From Candidatus Marinacidobacterales bacterium (GTDB taxonomy: Bacteria > Acidobacteriota > Vicinamibacteria > Marinacidobacterales > DATDRI01), in the NCBI GenBank assembly GCA_965219415.1, contig CBDCNP010000002.1, positions 3,360,001 through 3,424,000 of the forward strand: a DNA stretch of 64,000 nucleotides, in the 5' to 3' direction. The translations under genes and the position numbers were made by a program. The notes below the pieces were generated by a model, which made no database searches, was not told the DNA's origin, and saw only the letters and a program-made list of their open reading frames with translations. Every line of letters starts with the position of its first letter. Position 1 is the stretch's first letter. Shown here one piece after another: positions 51,335 to 61,426 of this stretch.

Positions 51335-52568
51335 CGCGTTTCCTCTCTAGATTCTCGAGATCGAACTCGCGGTGGATGGCGCGGACGGCGTCGGAAAGTC
51401 GATCGCGGTGGATCACGCAAGCTATCCGGACCTCGGAGCTGCTGATGAGCTCGATGTTGATCCCTTCATCGGCGAGTGCTCGAAACATGCGCGCCGCAAC
51501 GCTGGGCGTGCTGGCGATCCCGGAGCCGATCACGGAGACTTTGGCCACCTCGGTGTCCACCAAAACCTCGGTGGAGCCAACCTCCTCGGCGATCCTGCGG
51601 AGCACTTCCGCCGACTTCTCGGCATCATCTTCGGAGACGATGACGGAGACGTCATTGGATTGGTCATGTCGAATGCCTTGAATGATGAGTCGAATGTTGA
51701 TCCCGACATCGGAGAGCGCGCTCGAAATGTTCGCCGCTACACCCGGTACGTCTTTCACTCGTGTCAAGGCGACCCGCGCCACATTGGGATCGCCGGTACA
51801 ACCGGTTATCGCTACTTTCTCCAACTCTTCCTCCTTGATGATGGTGGTTCCGGGACGATCGTGAAAGCTGGAACGCACCTGCAGCGGAACATTGAATCGG
51901 CTGGCCACTTCGACGGATCGCGGGTGGAGGATCCGGGAGCCTGCTGCCGCAAACTCGAGCATTTCTTCATAGCTTATCCAAGGGAGGAGTCGCGCCTCGG
52001 GGACGATACGGGGGTCGGCGGTGAAGACGCCGTCGACGTCGGTGTAGATTTCACATCCTGGAGCTTCGAGAGCCGCTGCCAAGGCAGTGGCGGTGAGGTC
52101 GGAACCGCCTCGACCAAGAGTGGTGATCTCGTCGTCGGAAGTCACGCCCTGGAAGCCAGCAACGATGACGATTTCTCCTCGCCCGAGGATATTTAGGATC
52201 TTTTGGGTAGAGATTTCCTGAATGCGGGCACGCGTGAAGTTGCCATCGGTTCGAATCCCGCACTGGGCACCGGTGAGTGCCGTCGCCTTTCCTCCATGCT
52301 CTTGAACCGCCATTGCCAACAAAGCAATAGAGATCTGTTCGCCCGTCGTCAGCATCATGTCCAGCTCGCGAGCTTGAGGCTTGCTCGTCACGCGCCGCGC
52401 CATGCTGAGAAGTTGTTCGGTGGTATCGGCCATGGCGGAAGCCACGACCACTTGAGGAGCTCCCCGACGGTGCTCTTCTACTAGATCCTTGGCTACTCTG
52501 CGGATTCTCTCCGGCGACCCAACGGAAGTCCCACCGTACTTCCTTACACGAGTACGCCGGCCGATCAT
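51318..52568 (-). CDS. lysC: Aspartate kinase
   Basis: KYGGTSV, TTLGRGGSD, TDVDGVFTADP, two ACT domains. Confidence 0.95.
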   Translation of the reverse strand: MIGRRTRVRKYGGTSVGSPERIRRVAKDLVEEHRRGAPQVVVASAMADTTEQLLSMARRVTSKPQARELDMMLTTGEQISIALLAMAVQEHGGKATALTGAQCGIRTDGNFTRARIQEISTQKILNILGRGEIVIVAGFQGVTSDDEITTLGRGGSDLTATALAAALEAPGCEIYTDVDGVFTADPRIVPEARLLPWISYEEMLEFAAAGSRILHPRSVEVASRFNVPLQVRSSFHDRPGTTIIKEEELEKVAITGCTGDPNVARVALTRVKDVPGVAANISSALSDVGINIRLIIQGIRHDQSNDVSVIVSEDDAEKSAEVLRRIAEEVGSTEVLVDTEVAKVSVIGSGIASTPSVAARMFRALADEGINIELISSSEVRIACVIHRDRLSDAVRAIHREFDLENLERKRVVDKR

Positions 52569-53821
52569 GTTGAAGCGCGGGCGGCGTGGACAGGCAGGTG
52601 TTGTTCGTACCACTCGCGGAAAACGCTCAGCCGTGGACGCAGCACGGTATCAACTTTGAGTCGAGAGGAGAACGTATCTAACGCCTTGTAGCCGCTGCCG
52701 GTGATGCCGACGACGATCGTATCTTTTGGATCGATGCGGCCCTGCTCGATGAGCTTCAATGTGACCGCGAGCGTCGTGCCGCCCGCCGGTTCGGTGAAGA
52801 TCCCTTCCTTTTCTGCAAGCAAGTGGACAGCGTCCAGGATCTCTTCGTCGGTGGCCGTCTCTCCCCACCCACCGGTTCGCCGGACTTCCTGGAGCACGTA
52901 CGGACCGTCGGCGGGGTTTCCGATGGCGATCGACTTGGCGATGGTGTTCGGCTTCTCGGGATCGACGAGATCGTCGCCGCGATGAAGCGCGTGCACGACC
53001 GGCGCACAACCTTCCGCTTGCGCACAGTGAATCCGAACATCGCCGGTCGCCCATCCGAGCCGTAATGTTTCGGAGAATGCTTTAGCCACCTTGGGGAGAA
53101 GCGTCCCGCCGGCGGTGGGCAGAACCATGTGGTCGGGAACCTTCCAGCCGAGCTGCTCCACGATCTCGAAGCCCATCGTCTTGGCGCCCTCCGTGTAGTA
53201 GGGACGCAGATTAACGTTGACGAAGCCCCATCCGTACTCGTCGCCGATCTCACAACACAGACGGTTGACGTCGTCGTAATTTCCCTCGAGGGCAACGATT
53301 TGCGGCTTGTAGATCAGCGAACCGGTGATCTTCGGTGTTTCGATATCTTGGGGGATAAAGACAAGACTGGGAAATCCGGTGCGAGCACAATGAGCGGAAA
53401 GAGCGTTTCCCAGATTGCCAGTGGAAGCGCAGGCGAAGACCCGGTAGCCGAGCTCGGCTCCTCGAGTCAAGGCGATAGAGACCACACGATCTTTGTACGA
53501 AAGGGAAGGGTGGTTCACCGTCTCGTCTTTCAGGTAGAGATTGGGAGCGCCAAGATACTCGCCGAGACGTTTGGCGTGGACTAGGGGAGTGTAGCCGGAG
53601 TGCTGACCGGTTATGGGCTCGCCCGTTACAGGAAGCAACTCCCGGTAACGCCAGAGGTTCTGCTCTCGGCTGGAGATGCGGTCCGGTCCGGTATCGGCTC
53701 CGATCCGGTCGTAGTCATAGACCACTTCCAACGGACCGAGACACTCCGAACAGTAGAAACGACGGTCGGCGGGGTAGGCGGCCCCACACTCCTTGCACTC
53801 CAAGCCCTTGAGATAACTCAT
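52565..53821 (-). CDS. thrC: Threonine synthase-like PLP enzyme with N-terminal Zn ribbon (second paralog)
   Basis: CKEC/CSEC, SYKDRVV, CASTGNL, IAKSIAIGNPADG. Confidence 0.8.
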   Translation of the reverse strand: MSYLKGLECKECGAAYPADRRFYCSECLGPLEVVYDYDRIGADTGPDRISSREQNLWRYRELLPVTGEPITGQHSGYTPLVHAKRLGEYLGAPNLYLKDETVNHPSLSYKDRVVSIALTRGAELGYRVFACASTGNLGNALSAHCARTGFPSLVFIPQDIETPKITGSLIYKPQIVALEGNYDDVNRLCCEIGDEYGWGFVNVNLRPYYTEGAKTMGFEIVEQLGWKVPDHMVLPTAGGTLLPKVAKAFSETLRLGWATGDVRIHCAQAEGCAPVVHALHRGDDLVDPEKPNTIAKSIAIGNPADGPYVLQEVRRTGGWGETATDEEILDAVHLLAEKEGIFTEPAGGTTLAVTLKLIEQGRIDPKDTIVVGITGSGYKALDTFSSRLKVDTVLRPRLSVFREWYEQHLPVHAARAST

Positions 53822-53933
53822 GGTATTCCTTTCGCCGGAGTCGCCTCGGGTTGAGGCAACACGACTCCGTCCATCAAATGGACTATCCTTCGTGCTTTGG
53901 GGCTTCTAGCCTGCCAGTTGGGCCGGGAGCAAC

Positions 53934-53963
53934 AAAAAAGCCCTTCCAATAGTGCGGAAGGGC
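53934..53963 (-). terminator. Intrinsic terminator (riboswitch expression platform)
   Basis: GCCCTTCC-loop-GGAAGGGC followed by T6 on the minus strand. Confidence 0.85.
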
Positions 53964-53968
53964 CCGGT

Positions 53969-54076
53969 CCTATCTGCCAGGTCGACCCGCTGAGGGCCCC
54001 CCGCGGGAATTAGCACCGGTGCAATGCCGGTTGCTGTGGCATCCAAGGGCCCGATCCCTCTGCCACTCTGGATAAG
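53969..54076 (-). promoter_or_regulatory. SAM-I riboswitch
   Basis: CTTATCCAGAG TGGCAGAGGGA..GGCCC..GATGCCA CAGCAACC..GGTGCTAATTCC..AGATAGG matches the SAM-I consensus. Confidence 0.92.
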
Positions 54077-54137
54077 TCGCGGGGAGCGTACTCCGGGCCC
54101 TACGAGAAGTCAAGGCCCGCCACGCCACGTTCGGTTA

Positions 54138-54169
54138 AAGCAACCAAGTCGCTTCGCTTTTGGTTACTT
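54138..54169. repeat. REP-like hairpin downstream of fabZ
   Basis: AAGCAACCAA..GCTTCGC..TTGGTTACTT. Confidence 0.45.
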
Positions 54170-54202
54170 CCGGTTCTCGGCAACCCCGGTGAACGGGTCG
54201 CC

Positions 54203-54628
54203 CTAGAGCGCGAAGCCCATGACACCCTCGGCGGCGAGGACGCCTTCGAGGAATGCCTTCGTTTGGAGGCTTCCCAGGCGACCGCGCATCCGCCGCACGG
54301 TGCCCTCGATTCGGACGGTGACTCCGGCTGGCACCTTCATGTGGAACTCGGCGTGGTTGATCGCCCGAAAGTAGATGGTGCGGCCGCGGTTTTCCTCCGG
54401 ATGCAGAACGAGTATCGCTCCCACTTGGGCCATGGCCTCGATGAGAAGCGTCGGGGGAAAGTACGCTTCCGCTCCAACCTTCAAGAGAAAGATTCCGGTC
54501 TCGGCGATGCGAACGAGCCCAACGACGCGCTCCCTCGGCACGAGCTCGATGACTTCATCGACGAAGAGGAAGGGGTGGCGGTGCGGGAGGATCTTTTCAA
54601 TGGATGCGCGGTCGAAGACAGGACTCAT
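54203..54628 (-). CDS. fabZ: FabZ-like 3-hydroxyacyl-ACP dehydratase
   Basis: LPHRHPFLFVD and LIEAMAQ; the usual GHFP motif is degenerate. Confidence 0.7.
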   Translation of the reverse strand: MSPVFDRASIEKILPHRHPFLFVDEVIELVPRERVVGLVRIAETGIFLLKVGAEAYFPPTLLIEAMAQVGAILVLHPEENRGRTIYFRAINHAEFHMKVPAGVTVRIEGTVRRMRGRLGSLQTKAFLEGVLAAEGVMGFAL

Positions 54629-55368
54629 GGTATTACGCGCTTCCTCGATTCGGTGTCCGTTAAGTCGGCCGTGGCGCTGGCTCCCGAGAAAACGAGAAAG
54701 TACTGGTAGGGAAGCATGGTGAGCTGTTCCACGAGCTCGAACCCGGTGCGCTTCAGTTCCGAGATCACCCGCTCCTGTGGGACGCGGTGACTGAGCGGGG
54801 GTCCGATGCCAGCCGTCTCTTCGTCGCGTTCGAAATCAATGATGGCGAACCGTCCGTCTGGTTTGAGCACCGACCGGATGTTCGAGAGCAGTGAGCTCGG
54901 CGAACCCAGTTCATGATAAACATCGACCATGATCACAAGGTCCACGGATTCGGGTTCCAGGCGTGTGTCTGCTTCTTGAGAGAGCACCGTGATCACGTTG
55001 CTGAGACCGAGCTCGCCGACCTTACGCTCGACGAAGGCCAACATCTCGGGCTGGATGTCCACCGCAAAGACTCGACCGGAGGGACCGACTGCTTCGGATA
55101 GGTACGGAACGAAATAACCCGAGCCCGTTCCGATGTCTGCGACGACGTCTCCAGGCTCCAACTTCAAGGCCGACACGACTTGAGCTGGTTTTTGCCAGCC
55201 GTCCCGTGAAGGTTCCTCAAGCAGTGCGGCGTTCCCGGGGTTGAAGACCCGGGGCGAACGCGGGGCTTGCTGTTCGGCGCTGAGCGCGCTCCCGGACAAG
55301 CTTAGCAGGCTTAGCAGGCTCAGCAGGTTGAGTAGGCACGTCGCCATCAAAATTCCCGTGTTCCTCAC
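54625..55368 (-). CDS. Class I SAM-dependent methyltransferase with signal peptide
   Basis: RDGWQKP, VADIGTGSGY, VDVYHE, LPYQYFLVF. Confidence 0.85.
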   Translation of the reverse strand: MRNTGILMATCLLNLLSLLSLLSLSGSALSAEQQAPRSPRVFNPGNAALLEEPSRDGWQKPAQVVSALKLEPGDVVADIGTGSGYFVPYLSEAVGPSGRVFAVDIQPEMLAFVERKVGELGLSNVITVLSQEADTRLEPESVDLVIMVDVYHELGSPSSLLSNIRSVLKPDGRFAIIDFERDEETAGIGPPLSHRVPQERVISELKRTGFELVEQLTMLPYQYFLVFSGASATADLTDTESRKRVIP

Positions 55369-56811
55369 CCGACGGCCGCCTTTTCGGATCACTATAGCAC
55401 TACTCCAACACCGTCTGGCTCTGCTCGCGGAGAAACTGCTGGACGTACTGGGCCATGAAGACCTCCGTTTTGAATGAGAGACGATCATAGGAGGAAAGAG
55501 GCGCGCTGTCCAAATTGAACAAACTGGCCAGACGCCGTTAAACTGGCCGCCTAACATGTTTTCGTTCCCCAACAGCTCCGTCTTCTACCGCGACCTCGAC
55601 CGAGTCTACTCGGAAGTCGTCCGCGGCGAGGGAATCTATCTCTACGACCGAAGCGGTAAGCAGTATATCGACGGATCGGGAGGAGCCTTGGTTGTCAACA
55701 TTGGCCACGGCCACACAGAAGTTGCGGAAGCGATGTCGAGGCAAGCATCGCAGAGGTGGCCTACACCCATGGGAGTCACTTCACCACCGAAGTTCTCGAG
55801 CGTCTGAGTGCGACGCTGGCGAGCTCGCTTCCCGGAGATTTGGATAAGGTCTATCTCGTACCGGGCGGAGCGGAGGCGGTGGAAACATCGATCAAGCTGG
55901 CGCGGCAGTACCAGCTTGCTCTCGGACGATCCGACAAACACAAGGTCGTCGGCCGTTGTCCCAGCTATCACGGGAACACGCTGGGTGCTCTGGCGGTATC
56001 GGGACGCGCATCGTTACGTGAGCCCTATGAGCCTTTGCTAGCGAATCTTCCCCGCGCCCTATTGCTACCGTTGCCCCTTCGGGGAGACCTCGTGCGCGCA
56101 GTGTGGGGCGAAATGTGCTGATGCGCTCGAGCGGGTTCTCGAGCGTGACCCCGCGGTGGCTGCGTTCATCGCCGAGCCAGTGGTCGGGGCTGCGGGGGGT
56201 GCCGCCGTGCCTCCGCCGGATTACTTTCCGCGGGTGCGGGAGATCTGCGATCGTCACGGAATCCTGCTCATTGCCGACGAAGTGATGACGGGCTTCGGAC
56301 GCACCGGTCGCTACTTCGGTATGGAGCACTTCGGCGTACAACCTGATGTCGTGGTAATGGGGAAGGGGCTGAGCGGAGGTTACATTCCTGCGGGCGCAAT
56401 CGGAGTCCGGAGTTCTCTCATCGAAGCGGTTCACGAGAGGTTTGGTAACTTTACTCACGGCTACACGTTCTCCCATCATCCAGTTGTGGCGGCCGCCTGC
56501 GACGCGGTGGTCTCGATTCTGGAGCGGGAGCAACTTGTCGAGAGGGCTTGGGCTAAAGGCCCTTACTTTTCGGAGCGGCTTCGTGAGCTCGAACAGTCTC
56601 CACTGGTGGGCGACGTGCGCTCCATCGGTCTCTTGGCGGGAATCGAGCTGGTTGCCGATCGAAAGACCAAGGCGCCGTTCCCACGTAGCCGTCGGCTCGT
56701 CGAGGAAATTGCGGAGAAGGCTTTTTCCAAGGGTCTGGTCGTTTATCATTCGGCAGGCTGTGCGGACGGCGTCGATGGAGACCTGATCATGCTGGCACCA
56801 CCTTTAATAAT

Positions 56812-58198
56812 GGGTTTACGCGGATTCGTGTGGGTAAGTTCTGACGGAAAAACAGTGTAACTCATTGTGTGGAAAAGGTATCGAGTACTTCATCAGGTGC
56901 TGAAAAGTGGTCCATTTTTAGGATAGGCTAACCGAGTGAAAAATTCCCAGTCGATCCGCTCGCTGTTTGCGCTGCCAGGTTTCGTGGTTGGTGCCGGATT
57001 GAAGGGTCTATTCGGTGACCGATACGCCCGTGTCATCCAGCTCAAGAGGCGAAAAAAACAGCTGTGTGCTCTTACTGTGGGCAACGGTGCCGGGGGCGCT
57101 ATGACAAGCAAGTGTGCCGGGTCCGCGACCTGTCGTTGGCAGGCTGGCGGATCTATCTGGAATACGAGCGTTGGCGCGTCAACTGTTCTGGGTGCGGCGG
57201 TGTGCATGTAGAACACCTAGACTGGCTGGCGAACAACTCGCGCTACACCCAGCGTTTTGCGACGCATGTGGGCAAGCTGCGCCGGGATATGCCGAACAAG
57301 GCGGTGGCCGAGATGGAACGTCTGCACCACGGTACGGTGAAGGCTCTGGATACGCTCTACATGCAAGAGCAGGTCGACCGGGCGGGGCTACCGGCGCCTC
57401 GGGCCATCGGTGTCGATGAGATCTCCATCCGCAAGGGACATAACTATCGCGTCATTGTCAGCGCGACCTGGAGCGGGCGCGTCCCATCTGGGTGGGCGGT
57501 GAGGGTCGCAAAGAAACCGACATCGATTTGTTCTTCAAGGCGCTGGGCGGAAAGAAAAGCGCCCGTATCAAGCTGGCCGCCATGGATATGTGGAAGCCCT
57601 TCCGGAACTCGGTGATTCACAACGCGCCTAATGCGCGGATCAATCTTCGACAAGTTTCATATCATGCGTCATCTGTCAAAGGCCCTCGATGAGGTCCGGC
57701 GCGGTGAGTACAAACGCCTCAGCGGCAAGGACCGGTCGTACATCAAGGGGCAGCGTTACACTTTGCTTTCCCGGCGGGAGAACCTGAGCCTAGACGGTCG
57801 CCGCGCACTCAAAAAGTTGCTCCAGGCCAACCGGCGCCTGAACACCGCCTATATTTTGAAGGAGGCCTTCGGGCAACTCTGGGATTACCGCACCGAACGC
57901 GGCGCTCGCGCCTTTTTCACCCGTTGGAAAGACAGCCTCAAATGGCAACGCCTGCATCCGTACCAGAAGTTCGCCGGTATGATTGAGTCCCATTGGGATG
58001 GTATCGCCTCCTACTGTCATCCGGAGAACAAAGTCAGTCTCGGCCTAGTTGAAGGGGTCAACAACAAAATCCGTGTTCTGCAACGACGCGCCTACGGCTA
58101 TCGCGACGAGGAATATCTCAAGCTGAAGATCGTGGCGGCTTTCCTTCCGCCATTACCCAGAAATGCAGTTTTCAACCCACACGAATCCGCGTAGACCC
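56812..58198 (+). mobile_element. ISL3-family IS, copy 3
   Basis: Same TIRs; perfect 8-bp TSD TTAATAAT. Confidence 0.95.
56936..58194 (+). pseudogene. ISL3 transposase, copy 3 (+2 and +1 insertions near 57462 and 57642)
   Basis: Comparison with copy 2. Confidence 0.85.
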
Positions 58199-58269
58199 TT
58201 AATAATAGAGGAAGAGCAGATCGACACCCTCACCACAATACTCGTCGAGACCCTGTCGGAAGTCAGACC

Positions 58270-60180
58270 ATGAGTCGCCGATTCGCACTCGGCCTGCTGG
58301 TCGGCCTATGCCTCTGGCGGTCACCCCTCTATGCGGCAGCCGAAGAAGACCGGCTTTCCGACGCCAAGGGCCTGGAGAATTTCGTGGACGAGTTTTTCGA
58401 GTCGCACATGAATCGCTTGCATATCCCCGGCCTCGTTCTCACGGTCGTAAAAGATGGCAAGCCGATTCTCACAAAAGGTTTCGGATGGGCCGACATGGAG
58501 AGTGGGAAACGGGTAGTCGCCGAAAAGACCGTTTTTCGCGTGGGTTCTGTCTCCAAGCTTTTCACTGCGGCCGCACTCTTGCAGCTTGTGGAGCGAGGAA
58601 GCATCGACCTGAATGCGGACGTTTCAATGTACTTGAACCCCGTCGATATCGACGACAACTTCCGCGAGCCGGTGACCGCCGACCACTTGCTAACTCACAC
58701 CGCCGGCTTTGACGATCGATACATCGGAATCGCCACCCGCCATCAAGCCGATCGCTCGCCGCTTCCCGAATATATATCAGCTCGACTACCTCCCCGAATT
58801 CGTCCGCCGGGGGAGCTTATCGCGTACTCCAATCATGGGTACGCGCTCGCCGGCCTCTTGGTGGAGGAGATCTCCGGAGTACCGTTCGAGACATACGTGG
58901 ACGAGCACCTATTCCGTCCGTTGCGGATGACGCGCACGAGCTTCGAGCTGCCGGCTCGCCTCGAGGTCGATCTCGCGGTGGGCTACCGATATTTGGAGGA
59001 CGAGTTCCTTCCCGCGTCGTACGACTATTTCAACGTGGCCCCAGCCTCTTCGCTCAGCAGCACCGCACCGGACATGGCGCGTTTCATGATCGCTCAGCTC
59101 CAAGACGGAAGCTTTCAGGGATCTCGGATTCTTCTTCCGGACACTAAAGACGAAATGCAGCGACGCCATTTTGCGCATCACCCGCGTCTACCGAGCCGTA
59201 CGTATGGCTTTCATGAGCGCTTCGAGAACGGCGAACGAATTATTGCCCACGCCGGAGGGCTTCGTGGCTACTCGAGCTATTTCCTCTTACTACCGCAACG
59301 AAACGTGGGTTTTTTCCTCGCCTCCAACCGGTTCGAGGAGGAGCTACACGAGGAGTTCCGCGGGCGGTTCTTGGATCGCTATTTCCCCGCTTCGAGTGCT
59401 GCGGTGACACGAGTTCCGTCTTCCCGCCAACCCATCGAACGATTCAAGGGAAGCTACCGCTCGCTTCGGTATTTCGCGAGCCGATCCTTCGAAAAGCTCA
59501 TGACCCTCGCGTCCGAGTATCGGGTGACAGCGGAGGACGACACTCTGACCGTCCGTTATCCTGATGATTTCCACCAACCGAGCCAATGGGAGAGCGTGGA
59601 GCCGCTGCTCTTTCGGAGGCTCGACCATGACGGCTATCTCGCCTTTCGTGAGGATGAGAGTGGCGAAGTGACCCACATGTTCATCGGGACCGAGGCCTAT
59701 GAGAAGCTTGTCTGGTACGAAACCCCGACTTTCCAGAAAAAGTTATTTGCATTCTTCCCTTTGGCCTTTCTTGTCGCGGCGTTGACGGGAGGGCTTCTTT
59801 ACGGAGCGGGCCAGTTGAGATCGTCGAGATCGTTGAGATCGCAACACTCCCTCGTCAATCGACCCCACCGCCTCGCGTACTACATGGCCATCTCGGTGAG
59901 CGTCTTGAATTTCTCATTCCTCGTCGGTCTCAGCTATTTCGGTCGTGGCGTTGATTCCTATAGCTATCTGTATGGCATGCCGGCGGTGATGATCGGTGTG
60001 CTCTTGATCCCACTGCTAACCGCGGGGCTCTCCTTGGCACTGGCCGCCGTCACCAGTCTCGGTTGGAACCGGGAGGTTGGATCTCTGTCGGCGCGCCTCT
60101 ATTTTTCTCTGACCACGATCCTGGCGTTGATTTTCATTCCTTTTCTCCACTACTGGAACCTGCTTGGTTTTCGATACTAA
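58270..60180 (+). CDS. Serine hydrolase (beta-lactamase family) with C-terminal TM helices
   Basis: GSVSK, LLTHTAG, YSN, HAGG. Confidence 0.9.
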   Translation: MSRRFALGLLVGLCLWRSPLYAAAEEDRLSDAKGLENFVDEFFESHMNRLHIPGLVLTVVKDGKPILTKGFGWADMESGKRVVAEKTVFRVGSVSKLFTAAALLQLVERGSIDLNADVSMYLNPVDIDDNFREPVTADHLLTHTAGFDDRYIGIATRHQADRSPLPEYISARLPPRIRPPGELIAYSNHGYALAGLLVEEISGVPFETYVDEHLFRPLRMTRTSFELPARLEVDLAVGYRYLEDEFLPASYDYFNVAPASSLSSTAPDMARFMIAQLQDGSFQGSRILLPDTKDEMQRRHFAHHPRLPSRTYGFHERFENGERIIAHAGGLRGYSSYFLLLPQRNVGFFLASNRFEEELHEEFRGRFLDRYFPASSAAVTRVPSSRQPIERFKGSYRSLRYFASRSFEKLMTLASEYRVTAEDDTLTVRYPDDFHQPSQWESVEPLLFRRLDHDGYLAFREDESGEVTHMFIGTEAYEKLVWYETPTFQKKLFAFFPLAFLVAALTGGLLYGAGQLRSSRSLRSQHSLVNRPHRLAYYMAISVSVLNFSFLVGLSYFGRGVDSYSYLYGMPAVMIGVLLIPLLTAGLSLALAAVTSLGWNREVGSLSARLYFSLTTILALIFIPFLHYWNLLGFRY

Positions 60181-60293
60181 CGCGTGACCCGGTCGTGGTG
60201 ATGCGGGCCGATGTCGGCCTTTGCAGCCGTGGTACTATTGGCGAGAGCGGGCCGCGCTCGAAGCGCGGAGGGAACCCAAAAGCTAATCTGAGG

Positions 60294-61424
60294 TTGGAGC
60301 AACTAGTGAACCTTCGAATTCCAGGTCCGACCCCTTGCCCCCCAGAAATCCTCAGCGCGGTGGCAAAGCAGATGATCAATCATCGTGGTCCCGAAATGGC
60401 GGCACTCATGAAGCGGGTGTCCGACAAGCTTCAGACGTTTCTCGGAACACGAAACGACATTTTAATCCTCACCGCGAGCGGCACCGGAGGACTCGAGGCC
60501 GCGGTGGTCAACACCTTGAGTCCCAAGGACCGGGTCCTGGGCGTGACCATTGGGGCTTTCGGAGACCGTTTCTGCACCATCGCCGAGACCTACGGTGCCG
60601 ACGTGCGCCGGTTGGAGTTCGAATGGGGCAAGGCCGCTTCTCCCGAAAAGATCCGAGAGGCGCTCCGCGAGGAGAAGGGAGTTCGTGCCGTCCTGGTCAC
60701 TCACAACGAGACCTCGACCGGGGTGACCAACCCCCTCGGGGAGATCTGCGAGGTGATCAAGGCCGAAAGCGACGCCTTGATCCTGGTAGACGGAATCTCG
60801 AGCACCGGATCGGTCGCTCTCCCCGTCGACGAATGGGGCGTCGATGTCGTCGTCAGCGGATCTCAGAAAGGATGGGCGGTACCTCCTGGCTTGGCGATCA
60901 TCGCCTTCGGGCCGAGCGCCTGGGAGGCCTCAGCGCAGTCGACGATGCCACGTTTCTACTTCGATCTGCGTTCTCACCGCGACGCCGCTTCGAAAGGGCA
61001 GACCCCTTGGACTCCCGCTATTTCCATCCTCTACGGTCTCGATGTGAGCCTCGACCGGATGATGAGCGAAGGTCCGGACGCCATCTACGCGCGGCACGCT
61101 CGCATCGCGGCAAAGACCCGGGAGCGTATCAAATCACTCGGGCTCCAGCTTTTTGCCGACGAAGCGTTCGCCTCCAATACCGTGACTGCGGTTTCGGTGC
61201 CCGATGGCGTGGATGGGAAAGAGCTGACGCGGTCCCTTCGCGAGAAATACGACACCGTCTTGGGGGGCGGCCAAAAGTCTCTAGCGGGCCGCATCTTTCG
61301 CCTCGGCCACTTGGGTTGGGTAAACGACGGCGATTTGGATCGGGCGATCACCGCACTCACCAAGGCGTTGCCCGAGCTCGGCTACGAGCTTCCCGCCGAA
61401 TCGACACCACGAGAGCACGCCTGA
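60294..61424 (+). CDS. Class V aminotransferase (alanine-glyoxylate / phosphoserine aminotransferase-like)
   Basis: IPGPT, HNETSTG, SGSQKG..PPG, FRLGHLG; directly upstream of serA. Confidence 0.9.
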   Translation: MEQLVNLRIPGPTPCPPEILSAVAKQMINHRGPEMAALMKRVSDKLQTFLGTRNDILILTASGTGGLEAAVVNTLSPKDRVLGVTIGAFGDRFCTIAETYGADVRRLEFEWGKAASPEKIREALREEKGVRAVLVTHNETSTGVTNPLGEICEVIKAESDALILVDGISSTGSVALPVDEWGVDVVVSGSQKGWAVPPGLAIIAFGPSAWEASAQSTMPRFYFDLRSHRDAASKGQTPWTPAISILYGLDVSLDRMMSEGPDAIYARHARIAAKTRERIKSLGLQLFADEAFASNTVTAVSVPDGVDGKELTRSLREKYDTVLGGGQKSLAGRIFRLGHLGWVNDGDLDRAITALTKALPELGYELPAESTPREHA

Positions 61425-61426
61425 GG

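Larger units (their letters stand above)
55556..58273 (+). pseudogene. Class III PLP aminotransferase, two frameshifts plus ISL3 insertion near the C-terminus
   Basis: GEGIYL, GAEAVE, SYHGNT, IADEVMTGFGRTG, GKGLSGGY; APPLII|EEEQID resumes at 58199. Confidence 0.9.

Noticed and set aside
55300-55328. 9-bp tandem repeat (CTTAGCAGG x3) as a phase-variation tract
   Set aside because: In-frame Leu-Leu-Ser expansion in a signal peptide; copy changes would not shift the frame.
60335-61426. 898-aa ORF suggesting a long N-terminal fusion to SerA
   Set aside because: The extension is an Arg-rich off-frame shadow of the aminotransferase; serA starts at GTG 61427.
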